Of a stretch of DNA of 64,000 bases, positions 47,584 through 58,507 are shown piece after piece. A model generated the notes under the pieces. The model had not been told where the DNA came from. It did not search any database and saw only the letters and a program-made list of their open reading frames with translations. A program made the position numbers and the translations under genes. Every line of letters starts with the position of its first letter. The first letter of the stretch is position 1. Source of the DNA: Cypionkella sp. (lineage in GTDB: Bacteria > Pseudomonadota > Alphaproteobacteria > Rhodobacterales > Rhodobacteraceae). The stretch covers positions 30,748-94,747 of the forward strand of contig JBAOID010000020.1 of assembly GCA_037045435.1 (NCBI GenBank), read 5' to 3'.

Positions 47584-47727
47584 AAGTCCAACAGGGAGGT
47601 ATGAAGGCACAAGAGTAAACTCAACTGCGCCTTCGAGGGGATAGTTAGACTTCGAAGCCCCATCTTTCAATCACCTTCATGCTGCAATTGCAGCATTACC
47701 GTTATGCGCCCATTGCATGGCTGCCTG

Positions 47728-48621
47728 TCAAATTTGCTGGCGCTTGCGATAGGTGAAAATCTCTTCGGTCACGAATTCCCGAAACGCCTGAACTCGTTTC
47801 GAGTGCCGCAGCTCTTCGGGATAGGCAAGAAAGACCGGGACATCACCGGATTCAACCTCCTCAAGAACCCGCACAAGATGCGGAAAATCCTCAGTAATGT
47901 AATCGGGCAAAACGCCGATTCCCAGATGATTGAGCACACCCTGCAACACGCCGAAATAGTTGTTCACCGAAAGGGTCGAGGGGATATTGTGGTTCATCAG
48001 ATCCGCCACCAGCAGTGCCCCGGCGGCGACTTGTGGTGTTCCCGCGTGTTGGCTGATCAGGCGATGCTGGCTGAAATCATCCATGCTTTTGGGTGTGCCA
48101 TGCTCGGCCAGATATTCCTGAGTTGCATAAAGCCGCATCTTGATGTTCATCAAGCGCTTGCGGATCAGATCGGCCTGGCTCGGCTCTTTCATGCGGATCG
48201 CGACATCGGCCTCACGCATCGGAAGATCAAGCACGCGCTCTTCCAACATCAGATCAATCTTCAGGGCAGGGTAAAGCTTGAACAGCTTTGCAAGCCGCGG
48301 TGCCAGCCAGAGTGTTCCAAAACCAGTGGTGGTGGTCACCCGCAACTCTCCGAAAACCTCATCTTCACTGTCACGGATTCGTGCGGCGGTGGCATCGAGC
48401 CGCTTGACCATTTGCTGGGTGGCATCATATAGCAATTCGCCCTGCTCTGTCAGAATCAAGCCGCGCGCGTGGCGGTGAAACAACGTGGCCGCCAGCGATT
48501 CTTCCAGTGATCGGATCTGGCGACTGACGGCAGATTGCGACAGATGCAATGTCTCCCCGGCATGGGTCAGGCTGCCCTTTTCAGCCACAGCGTGAAAGAT
48601 GCGAAGTTTGTCCCAGTCCAT
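47728..48621 (-). CDS. LysR family transcriptional regulator
   Basis: MDWDKLRIFHAVAEKGSLTHAGETLHLSQSAVSRQIRSLEESL (wHTH) plus a substrate-binding domain. Confidence 0.9.
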   Translation of the reverse strand: MDWDKLRIFHAVAEKGSLTHAGETLHLSQSAVSRQIRSLEESLAATLFHRHARGLILTEQGELLYDATQQMVKRLDATAARIRDSEDEVFGELRVTTTTGFGTLWLAPRLAKLFKLYPALKIDLMLEERVLDLPMREADVAIRMKEPSQADLIRKRLMNIKMRLYATQEYLAEHGTPKSMDDFSQHRLISQHAGTPQVAAGALLVADLMNHNIPSTLSVNNYFGVLQGVLNHLGIGVLPDYITEDFPHLVRVLEEVESGDVPVFLAYPEELRHSKRVQAFREFVTEEIFTYRKRQQI

Positions 48622-48662
48622 AGCCTAGCCTTTTATGATGCCGCGCGACGCTAGCACGAACC

Positions 48663-48678
48663 TTCCCTATCTAGGGAA
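48663..48678. promoter_or_regulatory. inverted repeat TTCCCTA-tc-TAGGGAA about 45 nt upstream of the LysR gene (possible autoregulatory box)
   Basis: Read directly. 7-2-7 dyad in the lysR/murI divergent region. Confidence 0.3.
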
Positions 48679-48926
48679 GAGATTCCGGCTGTAAATGGCC
48701 GATTGGCAGATTTAACTGCAAGTGGGCGGCGCAAAGCCCTCCCGACCGGCTGCAATGGCCCGTGGCTTTCCTTTCGCGTTGGCACGCACCACCTGAAACC
48801 TTTTCTTGTCGGCGCATCTCGGGCTGATTTAGGTATTGACCTTACCAATCGGCTTTCGCAGGGTGACCAACGGACCTATGATCAGCGCAAGACAGGCGAA
48901 GCGTCCCTGAAAGAACGAGGAATTCC

Positions 48927-49739
48927 ATGGCGGTAGGTGTGTTCGATTCAGGGTTGGGCGGGTTGACGGTGCTGGACAAGCTGCAAACGCGTCTGCCAGA
49001 CATCCCCTTCGTGTATCTGGGCGACAATGCTCATGCGCCTTATGGCGTTCGCACCGCTGACGACATTTTCAACCTGACCTGTGCCGCAACCGAGCGGCTT
49101 TGGCAGGAGGGCTGTGATCTTGTGATCCTCGCCTGCAATACCGCCTCGGCGGCGGCGCTTAAAAGGATGCAGGAAACCTGGCTGCCACCGGGAAAGCGCG
49201 TGTTGGGGGTATTCGTGCCCTTGATCGAGGCCCTTACCGAACGCCAATGGGGGGATAATTCCCCGCCGCGCGAAGTGGCTGTCAAACATGTGGCGCTGTT
49301 CGCCACTTCCGCCACGGTCGCCAGTCGGGCCTTTCAACGGGAATTGGCCTTTCGCGCCATAGGGGTGGATGTCGAAGCGCAGCCCTGTGGCGGCGTGGTC
49401 GATGCGATCGAGCAAGGCGATGAGATATTGGCCGAAGCCTTGGTGCGCAGCCATGTCGAGGCACTGAAACGCCGGATGCCGCATCCTCAGGCGGCGGTTT
49501 TGGGCTGCACGCATTACCCTTTGATGGAACAGGTCTTTGCCGAAGCCTTGGGTCCGCAGGTCAAGGTTTACTCACAGGCAACGCTTGTGGCTGAATCCCT
49601 GGCAGATTATCTGCTCAGACGCCCCGAGTTTCTTGGTTCCGGAACTGTATCGAAATTCCTGACCACCGGTGATCCCACGTCCGTGTCAAGCCGGGCAACA
49701 CAGTTCATGCGCAAGCGCGTGGCATTTGAGGCAGCATGA
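48927..49739 (+). CDS. murI: glutamate racemase
   Basis: [16 protein letters not shown]...[11 protein letters not shown]...ILACNTASA...LGCTHYPL. Confidence 0.92.
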   Translation: MAVGVFDSGLGGLTVLDKLQTRLPDIPFVYLGDNAHAPYGVRTADDIFNLTCAATERLWQEGCDLVILACNTASAAALKRMQETWLPPGKRVLGVFVPLIEALTERQWGDNSPPREVAVKHVALFATSATVASRAFQRELAFRAIGVDVEAQPCGGVVDAIEQGDEILAEALVRSHVEALKRRMPHPQAAVLGCTHYPLMEQVFAEALGPQVKVYSQATLVAESLADYLLRRPEFLGSGTVSKFLTTGDPTSVSSRATQFMRKRVAFEAA

Positions 49740-50488
49740 TCGCTTTTGAAACCTTTCGCCGTGAAAGAATGGCCGCTCTTTGCGCCGAGGACGGCTGGCT
49801 GAACCTGACGGATCGGATCGAGATCGGCCAAGGTATCCGGTCCGTGGGCCGGGCACTTGACAATGATCTGCGGCTGAGTGCCGGGCCGGACCATCTTGGC
49901 CAGATCGACCTTGCCCGAAACGCCTTCAAACCTGCGGGTGGGGAGTGGCTGGAATTTGTTCGCGCCGGGTCGGATAACGCACAGCTTCGGGTTGGTTCGC
50001 TATTGTTGGAATTGCACAGCGACGGTGGCCCGATGGCGTTGCGTGTGCGCGATCTCAACTTGCCAAGATTGGTGAGTATCGAGCTGTATCCATATGATCC
50101 TGAATGGATAATTGTAGCGAAGTGGCGAAAGTCCGAACCCCCCCAAAGGCTGGAGATTGAACAAAAAGGCGGGCGGACCACCACAGTAGAGCTGTCTTAC
50201 ACCGCCTGTTTTACTTGGCATGGCACCAAAGTGGAGTTGCTGGCCACGCATTGGAAATCCGGCAAGCCGATGTTTGTGATCAAGGACGCGACCTCGGGTC
50301 GCGAAACCTATGGGGCTTCACGGTTCCTGATCCCCGATGAGGTCGGCAAGACCGAAATCACCCTCGATTTCAACCGGCTGTTCAATCCGCCCTGCGCCTT
50401 CACGCCCTTTGCCATTTGCCCGTTGCCGCCGCGCCAGAACATTCTGCCTTTTGCCGTAACGGCAGGTGAAAAGAGGGTAGCGGAGTAG
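49736..50488 (+). CDS. DUF1684 domain-containing protein
   Basis: ...EDGWLNL...[13 protein letters not shown]...[10 protein letters not shown]...[29 protein letters not shown] is the hallmark C-terminal motif of DUF1684. Confidence 0.8.
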   Translation: MIAFETFRRERMAALCAEDGWLNLTDRIEIGQGIRSVGRALDNDLRLSAGPDHLGQIDLARNAFKPAGGEWLEFVRAGSDNAQLRVGSLLLELHSDGGPMALRVRDLNLPRLVSIELYPYDPEWIIVAKWRKSEPPQRLEIEQKGGRTTTVELSYTACFTWHGTKVELLATHWKSGKPMFVIKDATSGRETYGASRFLIPDEVGKTEITLDFNRLFNPPCAFTPFAICPLPPRQNILPFAVTAGEKRVAE

Positions 50489-50578
50489 CGTAGTGGCTGT
50501 ACATGCGGACTTGGTGAATCCGCTTGCAACCCAACCCCTGCTGCCGCACATCAGGGGCAAATTCATACGGAGGGACGC

Positions 50579-51607
50579 ATGGCGCATCGCATTGCCGTTT
50601 TGGGCGCATCTGGCTACACGGGTGCGGAACTGGTCCGACTGATCTCCACGCATCCAGACATGGAGATTGCGGCTCTTTCCGCCGATCGCAAGGCGGGGCA
50701 GGCGATGGCGGATGTCTTTCCGTTCCTGCGGCATCTTGATCTGCCACCGCTGCAAAAGATTGCAGAGATCGATTTCTCAAGCATTGATCTGTGCTTTTGC
50801 GCCTTGCCCCATGCCACCACGCAAGAGGTGATTTCTGCCTTGCCGCGCAGCCTCAGGATTGTCGATCTTTCGGCGGATTTCCGGCTGCGTGACCCTGCAG
50901 CCTATGAAAAATGGTATGGCCAGCCCCATACCGCCCCCGATTTGCAAGCTGAAGCGGTCTATGGGCTGACCGAGTTTTACCGCGCTGAAATCGCCAAGGC
51001 ACGGCTGGTCGCCGGCACCGGGTGCAATGCAGCCACCGGCCAATTCGCCTTGCGTCCGTTGATTTCGGCGGCTGTGATTGATCTTGACACAATTGTGATC
51101 GACCTCAAGGCAGGCGTGTCGGGGGCAGGGCGCAGCCTTAAGGAAAATCTGCTGCACGCCGAATTGTCCGGTGGCACCCACAGCTATTCGGCGGGGGGCA
51201 AACACCGGCATCTGGGCGAATTTGATCAGGAATTTTCGGCCATTGCCGGGCGTTCCGTGCTGGTGCAATTCACGCCGCATCTGTTGCCGATGAACCGCGG
51301 AATTCTGGCCACGGTCTATGTGCAGGGCGATCCGGCGATTGTTCACGACACCTTGATCAAGGCCTATGCGGCCGAGCCCTTCATAAAGGTGCTACCTTAC
51401 GCCACACTCCCCTCGACACGCGATATCGCAGGGTCCAATTACTGCCATATCGGCGTGGTCGGGGACCGGCTCCCTGGTCGGGCGGTGGTTGTGGCGGTGC
51501 TGGACAATTTGACCAAAGGGTCTTCGGGTCAGGCGATCCAGAACGCCAATCTGATGCTGGGGCTAAAGGAAACCGCCGGGCTGATGCTTGCGCCGATGTT
51601 TCCATGA
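50579..51607 (+). CDS. argC: N-acetyl-gamma-glutamyl-phosphate reductase
   Basis: [22 protein letters not shown]...AGTGCNATG-like (GTGCNAATG) ...[20 protein letters not shown]. Confidence 0.92.
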   Translation: MAHRIAVLGASGYTGAELVRLISTHPDMEIAALSADRKAGQAMADVFPFLRHLDLPPLQKIAEIDFSSIDLCFCALPHATTQEVISALPRSLRIVDLSADFRLRDPAAYEKWYGQPHTAPDLQAEAVYGLTEFYRAEIAKARLVAGTGCNAATGQFALRPLISAAVIDLDTIVIDLKAGVSGAGRSLKENLLHAELSGGTHSYSAGGKHRHLGEFDQEFSAIAGRSVLVQFTPHLLPMNRGILATVYVQGDPAIVHDTLIKAYAAEPFIKVLPYATLPSTRDIAGSNYCHIGVVGDRLPGRAVVVAVLDNLTKGSSGQAIQNANLMLGLKETAGLMLAPMFP

Positions 51608-51614
51608 GGGTGTT

Positions 51615-52067
51615 ATGGCTGGGCTGAAGGGTCTGAAGAAAAAGCGGCGTGTGCAACTGATCGCGCTGGCCTTTGTTGGTTTGGCGCTTTCGACGGCGCT
51701 GATGGGCTATGCCCTGCGCGGCGGGATCAATTATTTCCGCTCGCCCAGTCAGGTTCTCAGTGATCCACCGCATATTGGTGAGGTGTTTCGCATCGGTGGC
51801 TTGGTTGAAAAGGGCACATTGAAACGCGGGCAAGGCGAGACGATCACCTTCGCGGTGACCGACACCAACAAGACGGTTCCGGTGCGCTATACTGGGGTGC
51901 TGCCTGATCTTTTTGCCGAGGAGCAAGGAATGGTCGGCACCGGCGCGATGGTGGGCGACACATTTGTCGCCACCGAAATTCTGGCCAAACATGATGAAAA
52001 CTACATGCCAAAAGAGGTCATCGACGCGCTGAAGGATCAGGGCGTCTACGTCGCCCCCGCGCAATAG
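51615..52067 (+). CDS. ccmE: cytochrome c maturation heme chaperone CcmE
   Basis: MAGLKGLKKKRRVQLIALAFVGLALS...FRIGGLVEKGTL...LPDLFAEEQGMV...ILAKHDENYMP (heme-binding His). Confidence 0.9.
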   Translation: MAGLKGLKKKRRVQLIALAFVGLALSTALMGYALRGGINYFRSPSQVLSDPPHIGEVFRIGGLVEKGTLKRGQGETITFAVTDTNKTVPVRYTGVLPDLFAEEQGMVGTGAMVGDTFVATEILAKHDENYMPKEVIDALKDQGVYVAPAQ

Positions 52068-52135
52068 CGCGCGCAGGCGTGGCACAGTCTTAACCCGATC
52101 ATTGCATCTTGCCTTGGGGAGCCAAGGGGATAGCG

Positions 52136-52747
52136 ATGAAATCAGTGCAAGAACTCGCAAGCGAGATTGTCGCCCGTGAGGGTGGTTTTGTAAACGATCC
52201 TGCCGATCCGGGAGGGCCAACCAACCACGGAGTAACGCTGAACACGTTGCGCCGGTTGGGACTTGATCTGACGGGCGAAGGACGCATTGATATCGAGGAC
52301 GTGCGCCATCTGAGCGCTGAACAGGCGCAACGCATTTATATCGAACATTATTTCACCCGAACCGGGCTTGGTGCGCTGCCCGAAGCGATTCAGCCTTCGA
52401 TCTTTGACATGTATGTCAACGCGGGCAGCAATGCCGTGAAAGTGCTGCAACGCTTGCTGAGCGACATGGGCTTTGCCTGTGATGCAGACGGGCAGATCGG
52501 GCCGCAGACCATTCGGGCGGCGCAACTCGCCGTTGAGGCGGCCCCGCATCACTTTGCCGATGCCTATGGTATTGCGCGGCGCAACTATTATTACGCTTTG
52601 GCCGATGCACGTCCTGCCAGCCGGAAATATGCCCGCAGGCGCAATGGCGGCAAGGGCGGATGGATACTGCGGGCCGAGGAGTTCATCTCACCGAAATATC
52701 GGCTGACCGAGGCGCAACACAAGGCACGGGTGGCAGCATGGGGTTGA
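52136..52747 (+). CDS. GH108 lysozyme-like endolysin with a PG_binding_3 domain
   Basis: MKSVQELASEIVAREGGFVNDPADPGGPTNHGVT (GH108 EGG..D.GG.T..G motif) ...DGQIGPQTIRAAQ (PG-binding). AAGGGGA precedes the ATG at 52136. Confidence 0.85.
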   Translation: MKSVQELASEIVAREGGFVNDPADPGGPTNHGVTLNTLRRLGLDLTGEGRIDIEDVRHLSAEQAQRIYIEHYFTRTGLGALPEAIQPSIFDMYVNAGSNAVKVLQRLLSDMGFACDADGQIGPQTIRAAQLAVEAAPHHFADAYGIARRNYYYALADARPASRKYARRRNGGKGGWILRAEEFISPKYRLTEAQHKARVAAWG

Positions 52748-53289
52748 TCAGCGCTTTGGTAAACGCACCGGGTGCGGTTTCGGCGATTGGAGACGCAGCC
52801 AAGGGAGTGGCAGAGGTTTTCGTGCCGTCGGCAACCAGGCGGATGGAGTTGTCGGCCGAGGCGCAGATGGCGGCGCTCAAGGAAATGGGGGCCGAGTTTG
52901 ACAATCCATCATTGGGTTGGTTTGATCGTTTTGTAAATGGGATCAACCGGTTGCCGCGGCCTTTCCTTGCCTTTGGCACCATCGGGCTTTTTGTCTATGC
53001 CATGATCTCACCACAGGATTTTGCGCTGCGGATGGTGGGGTTGAATGCGGTGCCAGAACCCCTTTGGTGGCTTTTGGGGGCGGTGGTTGCGTTTTATTTC
53101 GGGGCGCGTGAGACCTATTATTTCCGAAATCGCTCTGTTGCCATGCCTCCCGAACTGGCGGCGGGTAATCCTGCGCCGGGTCAATTTCGAGGAGACTACA
53201 AACCCCGCCTTGACCGATTGGCGGGCCGGTCAGGACTAGGCGGGAACCTTGACCTGTCGCATTGCCTCTGGCATGCCCTGAGGGGATGA
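52738..53289 (+). CDS. 3TM holin of the GTA-release type (PF11351-like); 3' end uncertain (alternative stop at 53239 in the +1 phase)
   Basis: [54 protein letters not shown]...[31 protein letters not shown]...[17 protein letters not shown]. It overlaps the endolysin stop by 10 nt. Confidence 0.7.
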   Translation: MGLISALVNAPGAVSAIGDAAKGVAEVFVPSATRRMELSAEAQMAALKEMGAEFDNPSLGWFDRFVNGINRLPRPFLAFGTIGLFVYAMISPQDFALRMVGLNAVPEPLWWLLGAVVAFYFGARETYYFRNRSVAMPPELAAGNPAPGQFRGDYKPRLDRLAGRSGLGGNLDLSHCLWHALRG

Positions 53290-53305
53290 GACAGGACATG
53301 ATCAA

Positions 53306-55051
53306 ATGAATCTTTTTGCCGAAATCCGCGCGCTGGTTATTGAAACCCTTGAGGCGATGGCCCGTGATGGACAATTGCCCGGCGGGCTGGACATGGCCGC
53401 CGTGACGGTCGAGCCGCCGCGTGATCCGGCGCATGGCGATATGGCGACCAACGCAGCGATGGTTCTGGCGAAACCGGCCGCGATGGCACCAAGGGCGATA
53501 GCCGGGGCATTGGCGGTGCGTTTGCTGAAGGATCCCCGTATCACCGCGGCCGAGGCCGCCGGCCCAGGGTTCTTGAATTTGCGGCTGGCACCGACCGTCT
53601 GGCAGGGGGTTGTGCTGGCGGCCCTGACCGAAGGCGCGGATTTTGGCCGCTCGCAACAGGGTGCGGGCCGCAAGGTCAATGTCGAATTCGTGTCGGCCAA
53701 TCCGACCGGTCCGATGCATGTGGGCCATGTGCGCGGCGCTGTGGTGGGGGACGCGCTGTCGCGGCTGTTGGCCTTTGCAGGTTGGAAGGTTACGCGCGAA
53801 TATTACATCAACGACGGCGGCGCACAGGTTGATGTGCTGGCGCGCTCGGCCTTTGAGCGCTACCGCGAGGCCAATGGTCTGGAGCCTGAAATCCGCGAGG
53901 GTCTTTATCCCGGAGACTATCTGATTCCGGTCGGCGAGGCGCTGAAGGACAAATTCGGCACCACACTCCTGGACAAGGGTGAGGAAACATGGCTGGCCGA
54001 GATCCGCGAAATTGCAACCCAGATGATGATGACGCAGATCCGCGGCGATCTGGCTGCGCTTGGCGTTGAAATGGATGTCTATTCCAGCGAAAAGGCGCTT
54101 TACGGCACCGGCAAGATCGAGGCCGCGATTGAGGCTTTGCGCCAGCAAGGCTTGATCTATGAGGGCACGCTGGAGCCGCCAAAGGGCAAAGAGCCCGAAG
54201 ATTGGGAGCCTCGTGTCCAGACCCTGTTCCGCTCGACCGCGCACGGCGATGATGTCGATCGCCCGGTGATGAAATCGGATGGCTCCTGGACCTATTTCGC
54301 CCCCGATATCGCCTATCACTATGACAAGGTTCAGCGCGGCTTTGACGAGTTGATCGACATTTTCGGCGCGGATCACGGCGGCTACGTCAAACGCATGAAG
54401 GCCGCAGTTTCGGCGCTATCCTCGGGCCGCGTGCCTTTGGACATCAAACTGGTGCAACTGGTCAAGCTTTACAAGAATGGCGAGCCGTTCAAGATGTCAA
54501 AGCGGGCGGGCACTTTTGTGACCCTGCATGATGTGGTCGAACAGGCCGGGGCGGATGTGACCCGCTTCATGATGCTGACCCGCAAGAACGATGTGGCGCT
54601 GGATTTTGATTTCGCCAAGGTGCTGGAGCAATCCAAGGACAATCCGGTTTTCTATGTGCAATATGCCAATGCGCGGATCAATTCGGTGTTGCGCAAGGCG
54701 CATGACGCCGGGATTGCCTGCGATGATGCCGCCTTGGCCGCCGCAGATCTGGGCCAACTCGGCCATGAGGCCGAACTTGCCATGGCGCGCAAGATTGCCG
54801 AATGGCCACGTTTGGTTGAGATCGCAGCCAAGGGTAATGAGCCGCACCGGATCGCGTTCTATCTTTATGAACTGGCCTCGGATTTTCACGGGCTGTGGAA
54901 CAAGGGCAACGATGATGCCAGCCTGCGTTTCATCCAGGAGGGCAATGTGGCAACATCCACCGCGAAAATCGCTTTGGCGCGCGCCACTGGCGTTGCGATT
55001 TGCAACGGTCTTGCTATCCTTGGCGTAACTCCGGCCAAGGAAATGCGCTGA
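53306..55051 (+). CDS. argS: arginine--tRNA ligase
   Basis: ...[24 protein letters not shown] (HIGH) ...[12 protein letters not shown] (KMSK). Confidence 0.93.
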   Translation: MNLFAEIRALVIETLEAMARDGQLPGGLDMAAVTVEPPRDPAHGDMATNAAMVLAKPAAMAPRAIAGALAVRLLKDPRITAAEAAGPGFLNLRLAPTVWQGVVLAALTEGADFGRSQQGAGRKVNVEFVSANPTGPMHVGHVRGAVVGDALSRLLAFAGWKVTREYYINDGGAQVDVLARSAFERYREANGLEPEIREGLYPGDYLIPVGEALKDKFGTTLLDKGEETWLAEIREIATQMMMTQIRGDLAALGVEMDVYSSEKALYGTGKIEAAIEALRQQGLIYEGTLEPPKGKEPEDWEPRVQTLFRSTAHGDDVDRPVMKSDGSWTYFAPDIAYHYDKVQRGFDELIDIFGADHGGYVKRMKAAVSALSSGRVPLDIKLVQLVKLYKNGEPFKMSKRAGTFVTLHDVVEQAGADVTRFMMLTRKNDVALDFDFAKVLEQSKDNPVFYVQYANARINSVLRKAHDAGIACDDAALAAADLGQLGHEAELAMARKIAEWPRLVEIAAKGNEPHRIAFYLYELASDFHGLWNKGNDDASLRFIQEGNVATSTAKIALARATGVAICNGLAILGVTPAKEMR

Positions 55052-55128
55052 AAAAGGCGATCTGGTCGAGTGACGGGCGCAAATAAAAGCCAGGGTGGCA
55101 TGTATCATCCCGGCGCAGAGGGCAGAGC

Positions 55129-56055
55129 ATGGCAGACATGGAATTCGATGAATTCGCAGGCGGATACGCACCCAATGGGCGCGCAAGCCGCGTGGTGCAT
55201 CTTGCAGGTGCTGCCTGTTCGGTGGCCTTGATACTGGGACTTGGCGTCTGGGGATACAAACTTGCGGTGCGCGATGTGACAGGGATACCGGTCATGCGCG
55301 CGATGGCGGGGCCGATGCGGATCGCGCCAGCCAATCCCGGAGGCGTTGTAGCGGATAACCAGGGGCTCTCGGTCAATGCGGTTGCGGCCTCCGGTACTGC
55401 CTTGCCCATAGCAGAAACGGTGGTTCTGGCACCAAGGGCCGTTGATCTGACCGCCGAGGATATTGCGGGGCTTGCCGTCTCGGAAGCGTCGCTGCAAGCC
55501 GCATCCAGCGCACAAGCAGTTGCGCAAGAGCCAAGCCTTCAACTTGCCGCTGCCGTGGCACCGGCTGCCACCAGCGACACCGATGCGGCAATATCCGCGC
55601 CTTCCGATGATCCGGCCGCGTCATCTGATACCGAAGGGCTGGACCTGCCGGTCGATTTGGACAGCGAAACCCTGGCGGAACCGGATTTGGCCGGGGAAGG
55701 CCTCACCCGTTCGCTGCGCCCGATGCCGCGACCGGCCGCGCAGGCGGTTGCCGAGCCGACTGTTGCGGCGCTTGCGGTTGAAGTGGATCCCTCTACCATC
55801 GCTGTGGGAACCAGGCTGGTTCAGCTTGGGGCTTTCGATGATGAGGAAACGGCGCGTTCGGAATGGACCAGACTACAGGGGCGCTTTGGGGAATTGCTGG
55901 CCGCCAAATCAATGGTGGTGCAAAGCGCCCAAAGCGGTGGGCGGACCTTCTTTCGTCTGCGTGCCACGGGCTTTGATGGCGAAGAGGATACCCGCCGATT
56001 CTGCGTGGCCCTTCTGGCCGAAAATGTCTCCTGCATTCCTGTCGCGCAACGATGA
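55129..56055 (+). CDS. SPOR domain-containing protein
   Basis: N-terminal TM, Ala/Pro-rich linker, C-terminal ...VQLGAFDDEETARSEWTRLQGRFGELLAAKSMVVQSAQSGGRTFFRLRATGF. Confidence 0.85.
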   Translation: MADMEFDEFAGGYAPNGRASRVVHLAGAACSVALILGLGVWGYKLAVRDVTGIPVMRAMAGPMRIAPANPGGVVADNQGLSVNAVAASGTALPIAETVVLAPRAVDLTAEDIAGLAVSEASLQAASSAQAVAQEPSLQLAAAVAPAATSDTDAAISAPSDDPAASSDTEGLDLPVDLDSETLAEPDLAGEGLTRSLRPMPRPAAQAVAEPTVAALAVEVDPSTIAVGTRLVQLGAFDDEETARSEWTRLQGRFGELLAAKSMVVQSAQSGGRTFFRLRATGFDGEEDTRRFCVALLAENVSCIPVAQR

Positions 56056-57066
56056 CCACAACCGGCACCGGCGCTGCGATATTTGGCTGTGAAGGGGCGA
56101 CGCTTGGGAAAGATGAAGCCGCCTTCTTCAGGGATTACGACCCGCTGGGGTTCATTGTCTTTGCCCGCAATGTCGAGACGCCAGAGCAACTTCGTCGGCT
56201 GACCGCTGATCTGCGCAATGCGGTTGGGCGGGATGCCATGATCCTGGTTGATCAGGAGGGCGGTCGCGTGCAAAGGCTGCGCGCGCCGCATTGGCGCGAA
56301 TGGCTGCCGCCGTTTGACATGGTGGAACGCGCCGGTGCTCGGGCCGCGAGGGCGATGGAATTGCGCAGCCGGATCATCGCGAAAGAGTTGCGCGCCGTTG
56401 GGATCGACGCCAATTGTGCGCCGGTCGCCGATATCGCCGGCCCCACGACCCATGCTTTCCTGCGCAATCGGTGTTATGCGGATACTGCGGCGCAAGTCAT
56501 TGAAATTGCAGACGGCAGTGGCCGAGGGACATCAGGCGGAAGGTGTGATCCCGGTTGTCAAACACATGCCGGGGCATGGCCGCTCGACAGCAGACACCCA
56601 CCACGATTTGCCGCTCGTTGCCGCCTCCCGTGCAGAGCTGACCGCAAGCGATTTTGCGCCCTTCAAGGCATTGGCCGACCTGCCGATGGCGATGACGGCG
56701 CATATCATGTTCACCGCCTATGATGCCGACAATCCGGCCACGCAATCTTGGACGGTTATAGATACGATCCGGCAAGAGATTGGCTTCAACGGGCTGTTGT
56801 TGACGGATGATCTCAATATGGAGGCGCTGTCGGGCACCCTGTCCGAACGGACTGCGCGGTCGATGCAGGCGGGGTGCGATATTGCTTTGCATTGCAAAGG
56901 CGATCTGGCGCAGATGATCGAGGTGGCGGCGGCGGCTGGCGCGATGCGCGCCGATACTTTGGCGCGTGCCCGAACGGCCCTTGTCAGACGCGGCCCGCCC
57001 ACCGATGTTGCTATTGAAGATCTGGACGCAGAACTGATTTCTATCTTGTCTGAAACGGCACCATGA
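56052..57066 (+). pseudogene. nagZ: beta-N-acetylhexosaminidase NagZ, split by a +1 phase change near 56499-56517
   Basis: The N-terminal half ...LVDQEGGRVQRLRAP...NCAPVADIAGPTTHAFLRNRCY..AAQVIEIA (ORF 56052..) continues as ..TAVAEGHQAEGVIPVVKHMPGHGRSTADTHHDLP...LLLTDDLNMEAL in ORF 56248..57066. Confidence 0.85.
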
Positions 57067-57863
57067 CCCGCGAAGAGACAGACGATTGGGGCAATCCCGA
57101 ACGGATCACCATCGGTGAACGGCTCGAAGGGGAGGCGCTGATCGTTGACGTCGATGGCTTCGAAGGCCCGCTCGATCTGCTGCTGACGCTGTCACGAACC
57201 CAGAAGGTTGATCTTCGGCGGATTTCGGTGCTGCAACTGGCCGAGCAATATCTGATTTTTGTCGAGCGCGCACGGGTTCTGCGGATTGAACTGGCTGCGG
57301 ATTATCTGGTCATGGCGGCCTGGCTTGCCTTTCTCAAATCGCGCCTTTTGCTGCCGCCCGAGCCGGGCGCGGAGGGGCCATCGGCTGAAGATCTTGCCCA
57401 GCATCTGGCCTTTCAGCTTGAACGCCTGTCGGCCATGCGCGAAGCCGCAGCCCGTCTTATGGCGCGCGATCAGCTTGGCCGTGATTTTTTTTACCGGGGC
57501 CAACCTGAAGAAGTGATCAAACACAAAGACGTCACCTATGCAGCCAGCCTTCTGGATCTGATGCGCGCTTATGCCCGGATCCGCACCCGCGACGAATTTC
57601 GCCCATATGCCTTTGATCGTGAAAATGTTTTCACGATGGAACAGGCGTTGGAGCGGATGCGCGGCTTGATTGGCTATATTGGCGACTGGTCGGATCTGAC
57701 CTCATTCTTGCCTGAAGGCTGGGATGCGAGCCCTGCGCGCCGACGCTCTGCTACAGCCGCGCATTTTGCCGCCGTGCTTGAATTGGCCAAACGCGGGCAG
57801 GTCAAATTGCGGCAAGGAGAGACTTTTGCCCCCTTGCAGATCCGGCGGGCAGAGACGCCATGA
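57063..57863 (+). CDS. scpA: segregation and condensation protein A
   Basis: ...FEGPLDLLLTLSRTQKVDLRRISVLQLAEQYL...AADYLVMAAWLAFLKSRLLLP. Confidence 0.9.
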   Translation: MTREETDDWGNPERITIGERLEGEALIVDVDGFEGPLDLLLTLSRTQKVDLRRISVLQLAEQYLIFVERARVLRIELAADYLVMAAWLAFLKSRLLLPPEPGAEGPSAEDLAQHLAFQLERLSAMREAAARLMARDQLGRDFFYRGQPEEVIKHKDVTYAASLLDLMRAYARIRTRDEFRPYAFDRENVFTMEQALERMRGLIGYIGDWSDLTSFLPEGWDASPARRRSATAAHFAAVLELAKRGQVKLRQGETFAPLQIRRAETP

Positions 57864-58504
57864 CGCACAGCGACCCCATCGAGAAAACCCTGTTCGAAGC
57901 CCCCCCGATGGGCGAGCAAGAGCGCATGGTCGAAGCAATCTTGTTTGCATCGGCAGAGCCGATCACTCTGGCCGAATTGATTTCAAGGATGCCGCATGGG
58001 TGCGATCCTGCCGAAGCCTTGGTGACGCTCAGGCGCCGTTATGAGGGCAGGGGGGTGCAACTGCTGCGCGTGGGCGATGCCTATGTCATGCGCACTGCAG
58101 CCGATCTTGGCTATCTGATGCAGAAAGAAGCCGTTGAAACCCGTAAGCTGTCCCGCGCCGCCATCGAAACGCTGGCGATTGTTGCCTACCACCAACCTGT
58201 CACCCGAACTGAAATCGAAGAAATCCGCGGCGTCGCGGTCAGCAGAGGCACGGTGGATCAGTTGATGGAGTTGGATTGGATACGATTTGGCCGCCGCCGG
58301 ATGACGCCTGGTCGCCCGGTGACTTTTGTGGTGACAGACCATTTCCTCAGCCATTTCGGCCTTGAATCCGCGCGCGATCTGCCGGGGATCAAGGAATTGC
58401 GCGCCGCCGGTTTGCTCGACAACCGGCCCTTGCCGGGTGGGCTTATGGGCCCCCCGGATGAGGACGAGGCCACCATCGGCCAGAGCGAGCTTTTTGAGGA
58501 TTAA
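57860..58504 (+). CDS. scpB: segregation and condensation protein B
   Basis: ...MVEAILFASAEPITLAEL...LSRAAIETLAIVAYHQPVTRTEIEEIRGV...GRPVTFVVTDHFLSHFGL. Confidence 0.9.
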   Translation: MTHSDPIEKTLFEAPPMGEQERMVEAILFASAEPITLAELISRMPHGCDPAEALVTLRRRYEGRGVQLLRVGDAYVMRTAADLGYLMQKEAVETRKLSRAAIETLAIVAYHQPVTRTEIEEIRGVAVSRGTVDQLMELDWIRFGRRRMTPGRPVTFVVTDHFLSHFGLESARDLPGIKELRAAGLLDNRPLPGGLMGPPDEDEATIGQSELFED

Positions 58505-58507
58505 GCC

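Noticed and set aside
52068-52135. Full CtrA box (TTAA-N7-TTAA) upstream of the endolysin
   Set aside because: Only one TTAAC half-site (52090-52094) is present. The sequence 7 nt downstream is ATTG, not TTAA.
52943-54376. 477-aa minus-strand ORF
   Set aside because: It is antisense to argS (HIGH/KMSK motifs on the plus strand) and has no family resemblance.
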